Positions 13,880 to 26,334 of a stretch of 64,000 nt of DNA are shown here, piece by piece. This DNA is from Stegostoma tigrinum (lineage: Eukaryota). The DNA lies in NCBI RefSeq assembly GCF_030684315.1, contig NC_081362.1, positions 84,411,012-84,475,011 on the forward strand, given 5' to 3'. The notes beneath the pieces are model-generated. The model was not told the DNA's origin, did no database searches, and was given only the letters and a program-made list of their open reading frames with translations. A program made the translations under genes and the position numbers. The number at the start of each line of letters is the position of its first letter. Within the stretch, counting starts at the first letter, position 1.

Positions 13880-14282
13880 CATAGGTATGTACAACATGAA
13901 AACAAACCCTTTGGTCCAACTCATCCATGCTGACCAGATATCCTAAATTAATCTAGTCCCATATCATCTAAAGCCTTCCTATTCTGTAATGTTCTATGTT
14001 CTATATTCACACACCCATCCAGATGCCTTTTAAATGTCAATTCAGCCTCAACCACTTCCCATGGCAGCTCATTCCAAACACACAACACCCTCTGCATGAA
14101 GATGCTGGCCCTTAAGTCCCTTCTAAAAAAAAAAAAACCTTTCTCCACTTGTAATATTCCAAAAGTGGCCTAACCAACAGCTGCAAGATGATCTCCCAAC
14201 TCCTATAACTCAATGCACTGACCAATAAAGGCAAGCATACCAAAACACCACCTTCACTATTCTATTTACCTGTGACTCCATT
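13880..14282 (-). mobile_element. CR1 3' fragment
   Basis: QRVLCVWNELPWEVVEA...TFKRHLD. Confidence 0.8.
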
Positions 14283-16496
14283 TTCTAGATGGACTTTCTA
14301 GTTCTCTACATCAATGCATGCAACATACAGCATGAAGAGCTGGGTTCTTGTTGAGACACAAGTCTTAAGTTTATTAACACTATTCATATGCCTATGATAT
14401 CACAGATTTACAAGGAGAGAGTCTAGATTCTGTCCTTATTGATGCTAGGTACATCATGTAGGCAACTGACTAAAGACACTGTGTAGCTCCATTGCAGAGA
14501 ATGGCTGAAGGCAAGACATGAAAATTTTTAACCAGAAGTCACATGCTGTGATATCAAACATCTTAAATGTATGCTGCCTGTCTGGTCTGAAATCTTATTA
14601 TTCAATAATTACTTAAGTTATCCCTACCTGATTTTTCAAAGTATGTTTGAAGTCCTCTAGAGCAATGTCTGTAGCTGATACTCTTCCTATTGCTGCTCAC
14701 TTCCATACTTTCTTGCCTTCAGCCATTTATTTTCTGTAATACTTTACACAGCATCACAAGTGCATCAGCCTTAGGAAAGCAAGTATGCAGGTTTGTGAGC
14801 AAAGTTGCATAAATGTCCACCAAGGATGTTGGTGAATCGATTGTCAGCAGGGCAAATCGACTGAAAACAGTTTAACAAACGAGCAGTCTTCAGGCTCAAT
14901 TGACAAATACATGCTTCAAATTACAAATAACTATAATCAGATCAAACCGAAGAATAACTGGTTCGTGTAACATTAGATGAAGCTGGAAAGACAGCAGAGG
15001 CCCAAAACACACAATGACAAATTAACTGAGTGTACTGAAGCATGGGTACCTGGGATAAGCACATAATCAAAACCAACTCCCAGACTAGTTGTGCCCAAAT
15101 ATAAACTGGAGCTTCAGGAACTGCTGAAAATGATTAAAAGGCTAAAATGGAAGATACAGTGAAAGGTACCTCCAAAAGGCTCTTGTAGCAAGTGTAGTGT
15201 CCCTACCTTGGAGTCAAAACTCCAGGTTCAAATCTCACCTGCTCCAAGATTGGCATAACACATTTGACCACGTTAAAAACCATCCAGGCAATATCACCAT
15301 CTCGAGAAGACAGCTTAAAGAAGGGGAAAATTATGAACTTCAGTGTTTTAAACAGAACAGAAGGAATGTAATACAGTAATCCAAAAAAGTGTTGAATGAG
15401 CATTAGGTAGTCAGTGTCGTATAACTTACAAAAAGATGAGCCATAAGCAACTCTATCCTACTGTGAATCAATCTACTGCTGCAGGTTGGCAGTACACCAT
15501 AGAAATATAGTACAGGCAACACCTCAGCTGAGAACAAGTTCCATTCCACAGTCTGTTCACAAGTCCGTTTGTATCGGAACACAAAGCAGGACAGTAAGGG
15601 AGCCAATCAAATACAAAGGGTGCTTATATGTTGGATCTTTAAAATTACAATCCTGTATGAGATCTCAAACTGAAGTAGTAATGTTTCTACATTGGGCATG
15701 GACTATTTAAGGAGATCGTAATGTCAAAAGAAAGAAGGACGCCGCTGCACTGATAAGGCACATGACCCATCTGCATGTCGACCAAGGAACTTAACAAAAT
15801 GCATGTAAACCAAACTGAGAGGGAAGGCAAACAACTGGAAGCCATGACTCAGACTAGAGTCAGTGGTACAAAAGAAATAGAATTAAGTCCTGAAAAGGGT
15901 GTTTTGTGAACAAGGAACTTGAGGATTCAGAATTATCCTTGTCAGTATAGGAATAGGCAAGTAAATCAAGAGCATCTACTGGTATTCACAACTGTGTACA
16001 CACACTGATCCAGAAACATGCACACAAAGAATTTAAAACCTGCTACATCAGTATTTCAGTGCTCACAGCATACAAACTGGCGTCAGCAGGCACAGTCCTA
16101 GCCTTCAGACAATGATGGGCTTCACCTGAACAAAATAAGGGCAATATTTTCACAGCAAGGAATTGATGCTGCGCAGAAACACTGGAGAAGCATTAGTATG
16201 CAAGATTAAGCAAAAAAGAGAAACAAGTAACAAGGAAATATATAAAAGAGTAGAGACAAAATATACAAGTAACCGATTGAGGATGAATTATAAGGAATTG
16301 AGACTTTGATCGAGAGAAAGAAAGTAAAACAGAACAAAAAACAAGAAAGTAACAGCATGGAAAGAAACAGCTGGAGCAAAACAAAAGCATGCAGTAAAGA
16401 CAGAGGGGCCAAGATTAAGAGAGAAAAATCAGCATGCATGACGGCATACGGAGAAAGAGAAATAAAGGAACACAATTGAGTGATACATAGGTTAAC

Positions 16497-16517
16497 CTTC
16501 CCAATGAGGGCAGGAGG
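16497..16517 (-). other. Candidate 21-nt microexon (CCTCCTGCCCTCATTGGGAAG)
   Basis: Strong acceptor tgtttttgtttttctacttag|, weak donor AAG|GTTAAC, downstream TGCATG motifs and long pyrimidine tract. Confidence 0.35.
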
Positions 16518-17119
16518 CTAAGTAGAAAAACAAAAACAGACATGTCCTGTTGCCATAGCAGTTATACGTGGCAACAGTTCAGTGACAGTAGCAGCTAGTG
16601 TCGCTGCGACAGAGTTGGTTATCAGGCCTAGTGGAACTGTAATTTGGGCCTATGTGGCAAACAAGCCAACTTTACTGCCTCTAGTGAACTGAATATCTAT
16701 GTGAACAGTTGCAACATATATGCAATTTATATACAAATATATCCCAACAGAAGTGAGTCAATGAGAACTATTTGCTTCATAAGTACTGAATCATAGATGC
16801 ATCTTGACTCTTCTTCTCAAAAAAAAGGATAAAAAGAGGCAATTCTGGACAGGTGTGTCAGATGTAATATTACGTTTTTCCTCCTGCAGTGGCAAACAAC
16901 AAGTTAGAGTAAATAAATTCTGGTACCAGATCACTAATTTATATCCACGAAGTCGGTACTCCTACATCAACTGAGCAAATGAAGGATAGTTAGCAAATTT
17001 ATTTGTATAGTATTGCTCCCATAAACCAACCAACCAATGTAAACAGTTCTAAAGCACATGTTAATAAAATGTGAGGCTGGATGAACGCAGCAGGCCAAGC
17101 AGCATCTCAGGAGCACAAA

Positions 17120-17155
17120 AGCTGACGTTTCGGGCCTAGACCCTTCATCAGAGAG
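17120..17155 (-). ncRNA. Minimal hammerhead ribozyme
   Basis: Reverse complement of ctgatgaagggtctaggcccgaaacgtcag. Confidence 0.8.
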
Positions 17156-18930
17156 GGGGATGGGGAGAGGGAACTGAATAAATAGGGAGAGAGGGGGAGG
17201 CGGACCGAAGATGGAGAGTAAAGAAGATAGGTTGAGAGAGTATAGGTGGGGAGGTAGGGAGGGGATAGGTCAGTCCAGGGAAGACGGACAGGTCAAGGAG
17301 GTGGGATGAGGTTAGTAGGTAGATGGGGGTGCGGCTTGGGGTGGGAGGAAGGGATGGGTGAGAGGAAGAACCGGTTAGGGAGGCAGAGACAGGTTGGACT
17401 GGTTTTGGGATGCAGTGGGTGGGGGGGGAGGGGGGGGGGGGAGGAGAGCTGGGCTGGTTGTCTGGTGCAGTGGGGGGGGGGGGAGGGGACGAACTGGGTT
17501 GGTTTAGGGATGCAGTAGGGGAAGGGGAGATTTTGAAACTGGTGAAGTCCACATTGATACCATTAGGCTGCAGGGTTCCCAGGCGGAATATGAGTTGCTG
17601 TTCCTGCAACCTTCGGGTGGCATCATTGTGGCAGTGCAGGAGGCCCATGATGGACATGTCATCTAGAGAATGGGAGGGCGAGTGGAAATGGTTTGCGACT
17701 GGGAGGTGCAGTTGTTTGTTGCAAACTGAGCGGAGGTGTTCTGCAAAGCGGTCCCCAAGCCTCCGCTTGTTTCCCCAATGTAGAGGAAGCCGCACCGGGT
17801 ACAGTGGATGCAGTATACCACATTGGCAGATGTGCAGGTGAACCTCTGCTTAATGTGGAATGTCATCTTGGGGCCTGGGATAGGGGTGAGGGAGGTGGTG
17901 TGGGGACAAGTGTAGCATTTCCTGCGGTTGCAGGGGAAGGTGCCGGGTGTGGTGGGGTTGGAGGCCAGGCACCACCACGTTCTCACACACCACCCTACCA
18001 ACCTCCGGATACAACGCATCATCCTCCGACACTTCCGCCATTTACAATCCGACCCCACCACCCAAGACATTTTTCCATCCCCACCCATGTCTGCTTTCCG
18101 GAGAGACCACTCTCTCCGCGGCTCCCTTGTTCACTCCACACTGCCCTCCAACCCCACCACACCCGGCACCTTCCCCTGCAACCGCAGGAAATGCTACACT
18201 TGTCCCCACACCTCCTCCCTCACCCCTATCCCAGGCCCCAAGATGACATTCCACATTAAGCAGAGGTTCACCTGCACATCTGCCAATGTGGTATACTGCA
18301 TCCACTGTACCCGGTGAGGCTTCCTCTACATTGGGGAAACAAGCGGAGGCTTGGGGACCGCTTTGCAGAACACTTCCGCTCAGTTCGCAACAAACAACTG
18401 CACCTCCCAGTCGCAAACCATTTCCACTCCCCCTCCCATTCTTCATGACATGTCCATCATGGGCCTCCTGCACTGCCACAATGATGCCACCCGAAGGTTG
18501 CAGGAACAGCAACTCATATTCCGCCTGGGAACCCTGCAGCCATATGGTATCAATGTGGACTTCACCAGTTTCAAATTCTCCCCTTCCCCTACTGCATCCC
18601 TAAACCAGCCCAGTTCGTCCCCTCCCCCCACTGCACCACACAACCAGCCCAGCTCTTCCCCCCCACCCACTGCATCCCAAAACCAGTCCAACCTGTCTCT
18701 GCCTCCCTAACCGGTTCTTCCTCTCACCCATCCCTTCCTCCCACCCCAAGCCGCACCCCCATCTACCTACTAACCTCATCCCACCTCCTTGACCTGTCAG
18801 TCTTCCCTGGACTGACCTATCCCCTCCCTACCTCCCCACCTATACCCTCTCCACCTATCTTCTTTACTCTCCATCTTCGGTCCGCCTCCCCCTCTCTCCC
18901 TATTTATTCCAGTTCCCTCTCCCCATCCCC

Positions 18931-18966
18931 CTCTCTGATGAAGGGTCTAGGCCCGAAACGTCAGCT
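18931..18966 (+). ncRNA. Minimal type I hammerhead ribozyme (PLE-associated)
   Basis: CUGAUGA, stem II GGGU-CUAG-GCCC, GAAACGUC with palindromic ACGU stem III; predicted cleavage after 18962. Confidence 0.8.
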
Positions 18967-20783
18967 TTTGTGCTCCTGAGATGCTGCTTGGCCTGCTGTG
19001 TTCATCCAGCCTCACATTTTATTATCTTGGAATTCTCCAGCATCTGCAGTTCCCATTATCTCTAAAGCACATGTTGCTAGTTTAATTATTCTCATAAGTA
19101 CATGCTATACAACAAAAGGTGTTTTTTGCTTTATATTTATTGCAATAAGTTGGGCTTTGGTTGTTTTAATACTGGTCAGCACTTGAAAAAGGATGATTGT
19201 GAAAACAGCAAAATAAATTTTAAATGCATTTTTTAAACCTATGAATCTATATTACAATTCGAGTCATACATTCAACATTTAAATAAACACCTCTTTCAAA
19301 AATTACAGAACCTTAAAGTTTGCCCCAAAACCTCTTAGGTGATCTAGTTCAAATATAGTTTAATTGTTAAGGGGATCACTAACCCCATATCGTTATGACA
19401 TATGGTGTCATTGATTTGAGGGATAAAGTATTCTGGAAACATTTCCTCATCTTTCTCTTAACCCACACACCCCAACCCCAGTTCAGTTTCTGCAACTCCT
19501 TAATGTTGGATTTCAAAAAAACATGGAGTCATGTTGTGGAACATTTCCAACCAACGCACTTTAAGTCAGAGATATTGACATCCAGTGTGGTGCAGGCGCA
19601 TGAGGAACCAGAATTGGTGCACCTGCATCTCCTTCACCAGCCAGTTCTCCATCCCATTCTCCTCTACATTTACTATTCTGCTCACCACTCTGTCCACCTT
19701 CCTACTGCTACCCTCACTGTCCAGCTCACCACTTCACTTAATGAGACAGACAGAGAGCCAATGAGGAATTGTGTAGCACTAAGAGCTCTCTCCGAACACT
19801 CAATTAGATCAATGGTTCTCTAACTTCATGAGCACCAGGTTGCTAAACTAAATTATGAGCGCATCCTGTGGCAAGCTGGCAGTGCACACTCCAGTGCAGA
19901 GGCACGCCACACTGCAAGGAGATACCATCTTTTGGTTGAACAGAGGCCTCATTTGCCTGCTTGAGCAGAAACAAGATTCCTTAGAACTTTTTGATTAAAA
20001 GCAGCATTGTGTACTGACAGCTAGTTGTACTTCAAAATTAACATTACAAAAACAGATTTGATTATCATATTGCTGCTTGTGGAGCTCACTGAGCACAAAA
20101 CATCCTGCTTCCTATAAACAGGAAGTACACTTCTAGAATATTTTATTGGCTGTAAAGCACAGATATTTGGAGATTTTCAAAATGGCTTACTAAAGCAAAA
20201 AGTTGCATTTATAAAATTCTAGTTTCAGGCCTCTGCCTTTTCCAAGTGCTGCTGACTTAGTATTTTTGTGTTTTGAGATTCTGTTAACTGAATGTCAGAG
20301 CACATTATGCAACCTAAACAAGTATATACAGGGGCGCATTCAGTATAATTCAAACAGCTGTCTGAAGTATTTTTTTTCAAGCACCTAAGGAACCATATTT
20401 TCCACACACGTGCACATGTCCATTTTAACATTTAGACTGTTTCAAAACAATATCATAGCAGGTCCGGACTTTCGAGACTGACAGGATGCTGACAAAGTCT
20501 ATGTGATTTCCAAAAACTTTTGCATGAAGAAATATACACTGAAGTGTTTTATAGCTAATTATTCTGAACTATTGTCTCTGTTGTCAGAAAGACATGCAAG
20601 CCAGTCAATCAATAAGCTGCCTAAAACAAATAAAGTCAAACTGGTCAACATTTTAATTTTTTTTTATCCCCGGGGCTCTGCAGATGGTCTAGGTGAACTA
20701 ACAAGTAGGATAAACCTGCTGAAGTCACTTTTCCATATTCTGGAGCAAAAACATCTACACAGTACTGTGGACCACTGGTAACA

Positions 20784-21149
20784 CTAGAATTATACTCTAG
20801 CATAGTTTGTAAACTCATTGCTTGACAGTCCCCCTCTATCATTATCATCAAAATGGGGATTGACCCGGATTTAAACTAAGGTGCAGGCCAGGAGCAGCAC
20901 CAGGCATGCCTAAAAGATGTATCAATCTGGTGGAGCTGCAGCAAAGGACAAGTGTGTTAAAGAATGGAAGTAGCATGCTGTAGAAGCAGCTAAGAAATTC
21001 TCCATTCAATGGATGGGACCAAAGTTCTGCAGTGCTGCCACATCCAGTCTTGAATGTGTTGAACAATTAACTGGGGAGGGAACTCTACGAACATCCCACC
21101 ATCAGTTATGGCAAACCCCTGAATGTTAGTGCAAAAGAGGAAGTTGAAG
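20784..21149 (+). repeat. 366-bp inverted duplication, copy 1
   Basis: Reverse complement of 25969-26334; two mismatches seen. Confidence 0.95.
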
Positions 21150-21159
21150 TAAGACTTAC

Positions 21160-21273
21160 CTTAATGCACACTTTTTAATTAAAAACAGTTGCCAAACTGA
21201 AAGTATATGCCCAAAGTAGCTCTTGCAGTTCTGAAACCACAGATGATTCAGGATAGATGCAGTCAGCCAGGAT
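21160..21273 (-). other. Candidate non-coding or cryptic exon
   Basis: Acceptor ccttgtaactttgcag| and consensus donor TAAG|GTAAGT. Confidence 0.25.
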
Positions 21274-21953
21274 CTGCAAAGTTACAAGGGCAGCACTGAA
21301 ATACAATTTTCATGACAGTCTGCAGGAAAATGCCTCAATAGTTGCAATCACTCTTGTATAGGGCTACAAGCTTAGCATCACACATCTCTTGGATACCAGT
21401 CTCTCCCTCTAGCCAAGGTACAGAGGTTCATGCTGATGTAGCAAAAATTTTTTTAAAAATGCCACTTTCAACATTGAGTTCAGATAGTATGGCACTAATC
21501 ACCTGGAGCTTTACCTGTGGCAATTAAGTCAAAAGCTTTGCTAAGCTCTTTCACTGTAGATGCAATATACAGCCTAGGCATGGCAGACAGGCTTTTAATG
21601 GTTCTACAGCTTCTTTGGTTACAGTACTCCCTTGGAGTGCAACTCAAAGCAGTGTTCTACCCATCTCCAAACAATTTTTGCAATCTGAGATTCCTTTGTC
21701 TGTTTTTCATTGTGTTATGAAACTGGCCAATATTAATACTAGATGTGAGAAATCCCAAAGCACAGTATGTTTTGCTAGACCATAGCATTTTAATCAAGTC
21801 CCTTGGCAATCACTCAACAAGAGTCTGCCAGTGCACTATCAAAATAGAACCTTTTTCAAATAAGGAGAAAGCATTAATTTTTTTACACCAGACAAAAACA
21901 AAGAGGCTTGAAAGTTCAAAAGCAAAACACCAAAAGATTCAAATGCAGGCTAT

Positions 21954-22713
21954 TTATTTTATCCCAGTAACTTCCTCAGCATCAAACCCGAGTGTAGGTT
22001 CACCATTCTCCAGTAAAAAGGCTGCTTGCTCAAGCTGGTACAGTGGCACTTGTTTTCCTTCTCCAGAATACTGCACATTCACTAGATCCACTTCTTCAGG
22101 TGGGAGCAGCCCTGGGCAATCATCATACAGGACACAGGATGCCATGTCAAGGTCCACCTCTGTTTTACTCACGAGTCCAAAAGGTATGGCAAGGCACTGG
22201 CTTGGTTGCAGGTGGTTCTGATAAACTGACAGGCATCACTCCATCTTTGGGCTCATCTCCAGATTTTTCAGGGTTGACTCCTTTGGCATTCAACACTCCA
22301 CAGACAGTGCAGCTATGTCCATTGCTCTCATGAAGCAAGCATCCATTAAAGACAAGTTCACATGCCAGATGACTTGCACATTGTAAAACGAGAAGCCAAG
22401 CCTCCTCAAATCTTCAAATGTAGCTTTAGCTGGGGGCACAAAGGACCCCATAAATCAGTCACAGCTCCTAAGATGCTGCTTGGCCTGCTGTGGTCATCCA
22501 GCTACACAATTTGTTATCTTGGATTCTCCAGCATCTGCAGTTCCCATTATCTCTGCTCACATCTCAGTTGGTAAAGGTTTCACAAGTTGTAAAGGCTCAT
22601 GGCTGACTCTAGGGACTGACCATTAAAAAATAAATCACTGACGTTTTTGTGCAATATTGAAGGAGGCTGCACAACTGAAGGTAGTGTGTCTTGTGTTCCA
22701 CAGGTCAACATAT
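21954..22713 (-). pseudogene. Unidentified decayed coding fragment or pseudo-exon
   Basis: Protein-like stretches in shifting frames (FEEAWLLVLQCASHLACELVFNGCL; VSKTEVDLDMASCVLYDDCPGLLPPEEVDLVNVQYSGEGKQVPLYQLEQAAFLLENGEPTLGF). Acceptor ctaattctctttagctgcgctctacag| near 22714. Interrupted by stops and a PLE fragment. Confidence 0.35.
22464..22553 (+). mobile_element. PLE pLTR end plus tail fragment
   Basis: gatgctgcttggcctgctg...ttctccagcatctgcagttcccattatctct. Confidence 0.85.
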
Positions 22714-24034
22714 CTGTAGAGCGCAGCTAAAGAGAATTAGTATGCCTTCACTTGCATGTTACTTTGCTTCTCACTTTCCACCAACACTGATTAGCAGCAA
22801 TATTTCCATAGGCAGGTCTTGATTTGTATTCTCCCCAGCCCCCACCCGCCCAACCCCGGTAACATAATCCAGTACAAGCTGAATCATTAACTCTGTTCCA
22901 GTTTGGAGAGAAAAGTGAAAGTAACGACAATACTGTTTTATTAAAGGCTACACTTTGTGTCAAAATATAACTGCTGAACCTGCAGCTGAATTTAAACAAT
23001 GGATGTTGTACCTTTTCGCTTGTCCATTCTAAAAATAAAAAGTACACTATTTTAAGCATCTTTAACATTCATTACACAGGAACAGAGCTGTATTATAAAC
23101 ACATCTACGAACCATTTTTGTCAATGAAACCTCAAGAAAAGGGAAGCCATGCAATGGTCCAAAACAAAATGTTTGTTTTTGACAGTTAGTGCCACTATTT
23201 GCATCAGAATACTGGCACTTTCTTCACTATTTACATACTCTATTTTTTGAAACTGCCAATTTTATGAACACTTGTATTTTCAACAATCCTTTGCTTTGTT
23301 TCATCCTAACGCATTATTTAATTTTTAAAGTATTCCCAGTGACTACCCATGATTTGAATGTTAATTAGCACAATTCCATACACACCAGACACCCCTTTAA
23401 ATGAAAGGGTATGGTAGGGTCAAACCAACTGTCTGGACCACAGTATTTAACGAGCAAGGATGACAGATCTACAGCCAACAGCCTTGTATTAAAAAAGGTA
23501 CTTTACAGAAATAGGAATTCATTCACCAGGCTGTGCTTAAAATTCAGCCAGCACTGACAGACATGCTGCTGGGTTCCTTATTTTCCACCTAAACATCAAA
23601 AACCAAAAATATTCCATAGTTGTATTCAGAAAGAACTAGGAAGGATGAAGTGGGGCTGGTAGTACTGGACAACGACTCAGAATTCTCAAACACATCATAC
23701 CTTGCCAGGGAGAAGGCAAAAACCAAATCTATTGAGTTAAACAAGAGAGGTTGAATAATACAAACTAGTGAGACAGAAAAGAATCCGTAGATAAACTTCA
23801 ACCAAATTTAAAATAATGATAATTATCTGAACATTGGTCACAAAATGAAAGGTCGAGAAATTTCACAAGTGTGTACATTTGATCACCATTTACAGACTCA
23901 GCAGGAAAGCAAAATGGAAACTGAGAATGCTCAAAATCCTTAGCAAGTTTGTAACCTCTATGAGGAAGGTAATAGGGCAGTGGCCTTTCATGGGGTGACA
24001 AGTCTTAAAGGCAACAAGCAAAGTCTTGCATACT

Positions 24035-24463
24035 AGATAACAAAGTGTGAAGCTGAATGAACACAGCAGGCCAAGCAGCATCTCAGGAGCACAAAAGCTG
24101 ACGTTTCGGGCCTAGACCCAGACAGGGGGACGGGGAGACGGTTCTGGAATAAATAGGGAGAGAGAGGGGGAGGCAGACCGAAGATGGAGAGAAAAGAAGA
24201 TAGGTAGAGAGGAGAGTATAGGTGGGGAGATGGGGAGGGGATAGGTCAGTCCAGGGAAGACCGACAGGTCAAGGAGCAGGAAATGGAGGTACGGCTCGAG
24301 GTGGGAGGAAGGGATAGGAGAGAGGAAAAACAGGTTGGTGAGGCGGGGACAGGCTGGGCTGGTTTTGGGATGCAGTGGGGGGGGGGGGGGGGGGGGGGGG
24401 GGGGGAGAGGAAGAGATTTTGAAGCTTGTCAAGTCCACATTTATACCATTGGGCTGCAGGGTT
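24035..24463 (-). mobile_element. PLE pLTR running into assembly gap
   Basis: TLQPNGINVDLTSFK C-terminus plus pLTR; CUGAUGA of the hammerhead is deleted. Confidence 0.9.
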
Positions 24464-25035
24464 NNNNNNNNNNNNNNNNNNNNNNNNNNNNNNNNNNNNN
24501 NNNNNNNNNNNNNNNNNNNNNNNNNNNNNNNNNNNNNNNNNNNNNNNNNNNNNNNNNNNNNNNNNNNNNNNNNNNNNNNNNNNNNNNNNNNNNNNNNNNN
24601 NNNNNNNNNNNNNNNNNNNNNNNNNNNNNNNNNNNNNNNNNNNNNNNNNNNNNNNNNNNNNNNNNNNNNNNNNNNNNNNNNNNNNNNNNNNNNNNNNNNN
24701 NNNNNNNNNNNNNNNNNNNNNNNNNNNNNNNNNNNNNNNNNNNNNNNNNNNNNNNNNNNNNNNNNNNNNNNNNNNNNNNNNNNNNNNNNNNNNNNNNNNN
24801 NNNNNNNNNNNNNNNNNNNNNNNNNNNNNNNNNNNNNNNNNNNNNNNNNNNNNNNNNNNNNNNNNNNNNNNNNNNNNNNNNNNNNNNNNNNNNNNNNNNN
24901 NNNNNNNNNNNNNNNNNNNNNNNNNNNNNNNNNNNNNNNNNNNNNNNNNNNNNNNNNNNNNNNNNNNNNNNNNNNNNNNNNNNNNNNNNNNNNNNNNNNN
25001 NNNNNNNNNNNNNNNNNNNNNNNNNNNNNNNNNNN
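24464..25035. other. Assembly gap (572 N)
   Basis: Run of N. Confidence 1.
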
Positions 25036-26334
25036 TGGTACTTGCTTCATTTTTGTGGCTCAAATGCTATGTGCCACTTATCAGTCAAAGCCTGACATCG
25101 TCATGTTTTGTTGTTTGCAAGCAGGGACAGTTTCAAAACACACAGGTTACGAATACACAAATGTTGATGCTGGAAGGAAGATCATTAATGAAACAGTTGA
25201 AGAATCCACCCGCGTCGGGGTGTGTCATAACATCTTCCACCAGCTTTATTAGACAATACTCATGCTAGATGATTAAGGATTCTTGAGGCACAGTAAGAAT
25301 GTCTCCACCTCAAAGTCAGGTGGCCCTGGTTCCAGAGGCGTATAATAGCATCTTTGAACAAGTTGATCAGAAAATGTCTATGCTGAGGAGAATCCACAAT
25401 AGGTATGATTCCAACCATGGAAATGTCCCTTCTACCCTGAAGAGTTTTTACAATAGAATTTTCCCAACTTTATCTTTGCTGGGGTTCTTTGATGTCATGC
25501 AAAACATATGCTGCCTTGAAGTCACACTCACTTCAGCTCTGGAATTTTCCCCATTTTTGGGCCAAAGTACTACTGCAGCAGCACCCAAGAAATACCTGTT
25601 AGCTTACTGCTGACTAAGTACTGCCTGACAGTGCTAATGACACCTTCCAAATGCTTGACCATTGACTAATGGGATAATAATTGGGCAAATTGGATTTGTT
25701 CTGATTTTCTTGTGGATACAGCACACCTGAGCAGTGTTGCACATTGTGAGCAGATGACAATGTAGCAGCAGTTCTGGAACTGATATGACTAGTCCTGAAG
25801 CCCAGATTTTCAATAGCACAAGCCCACATTATTGCATCCAATACTTTCAGGTGTTTGTTAATCAGATGGAGTGAATTGAATCTATGATGTATTTATGATA
25901 TTGGGCTTCTCAAAAGAAGGCAATGACGGACTTCAATACACACATCCAACTGAAGATGGCTGAAAATGCTTCAACTTCCTCTTTTGCACGAACATTCAGG
26001 GGTTTGCCATAACTGATGGTGGGATGTTCGTAGAGTTCCCTCCCCAGTTAATTGTTCAACACATTCAAGACTGGATGTGGCAGCACTGCAGAACTTTGGT
26101 CCCATCCATTGAATGGAGAATTTCTTAGCTGCTTCTACAGCATGCTACTTCCATTCTTTAATACACTTGTCCTTTGCTGCAGCTCCACCAGATTGATACA
26201 TCTTTTAGGCATGCCTGGTGCTGCTCCTGGCCTGCACCTTAGTTTAAATCCGGGTCAATCCCCATTTTGATGATAATGATAGAGGGGGACTGTCAAGCAA
26301 TGAGTTTACAAACTATGCTAGAGTATAATTCTAG
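25036..26334 (-). mobile_element. Decayed non-LTR LINE, second clade
   Basis: NKSNLPNYYPIS; similar to 51935-53160 and continuous with 20700-21149. Confidence 0.65.
25969..26334 (-). repeat. 366-bp inverted duplication, copy 2
   Basis: Identical 72-aa spurious ORF is listed for both copies. Confidence 0.95.

Larger units (their letters stand above)
17063..19060. mobile_element. Palindromic PLE insertion (two inverted GIY-YIG/pLTR arms)
   Basis: Minus arm 17063-17964, plus arm 17978-19060; 15-bp TSD tctaaagcacatgtt at 17048-17062 and 19061-19075. Confidence 0.95.

Noticed and set aside
17306-18710. Many overlapping Pro/Gly-rich ORFs
   Set aside because: Alternative-frame and antisense readings of the C-rich, stop-poor PLE sequence.
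22230-22300. In-frame TGA codons as selenocysteine
   Set aside because: No recognisable SECIS or selenoprotein motif; the region also has frameshifts.
24112-25268. Long ORFs of 264-312 aa
   Set aside because: Artefacts of translating through the N-gap.
20848-26270. Identical 72-aa ORF in two copies
   Set aside because: Antisense reading of a decayed LINE within the inverted duplication.
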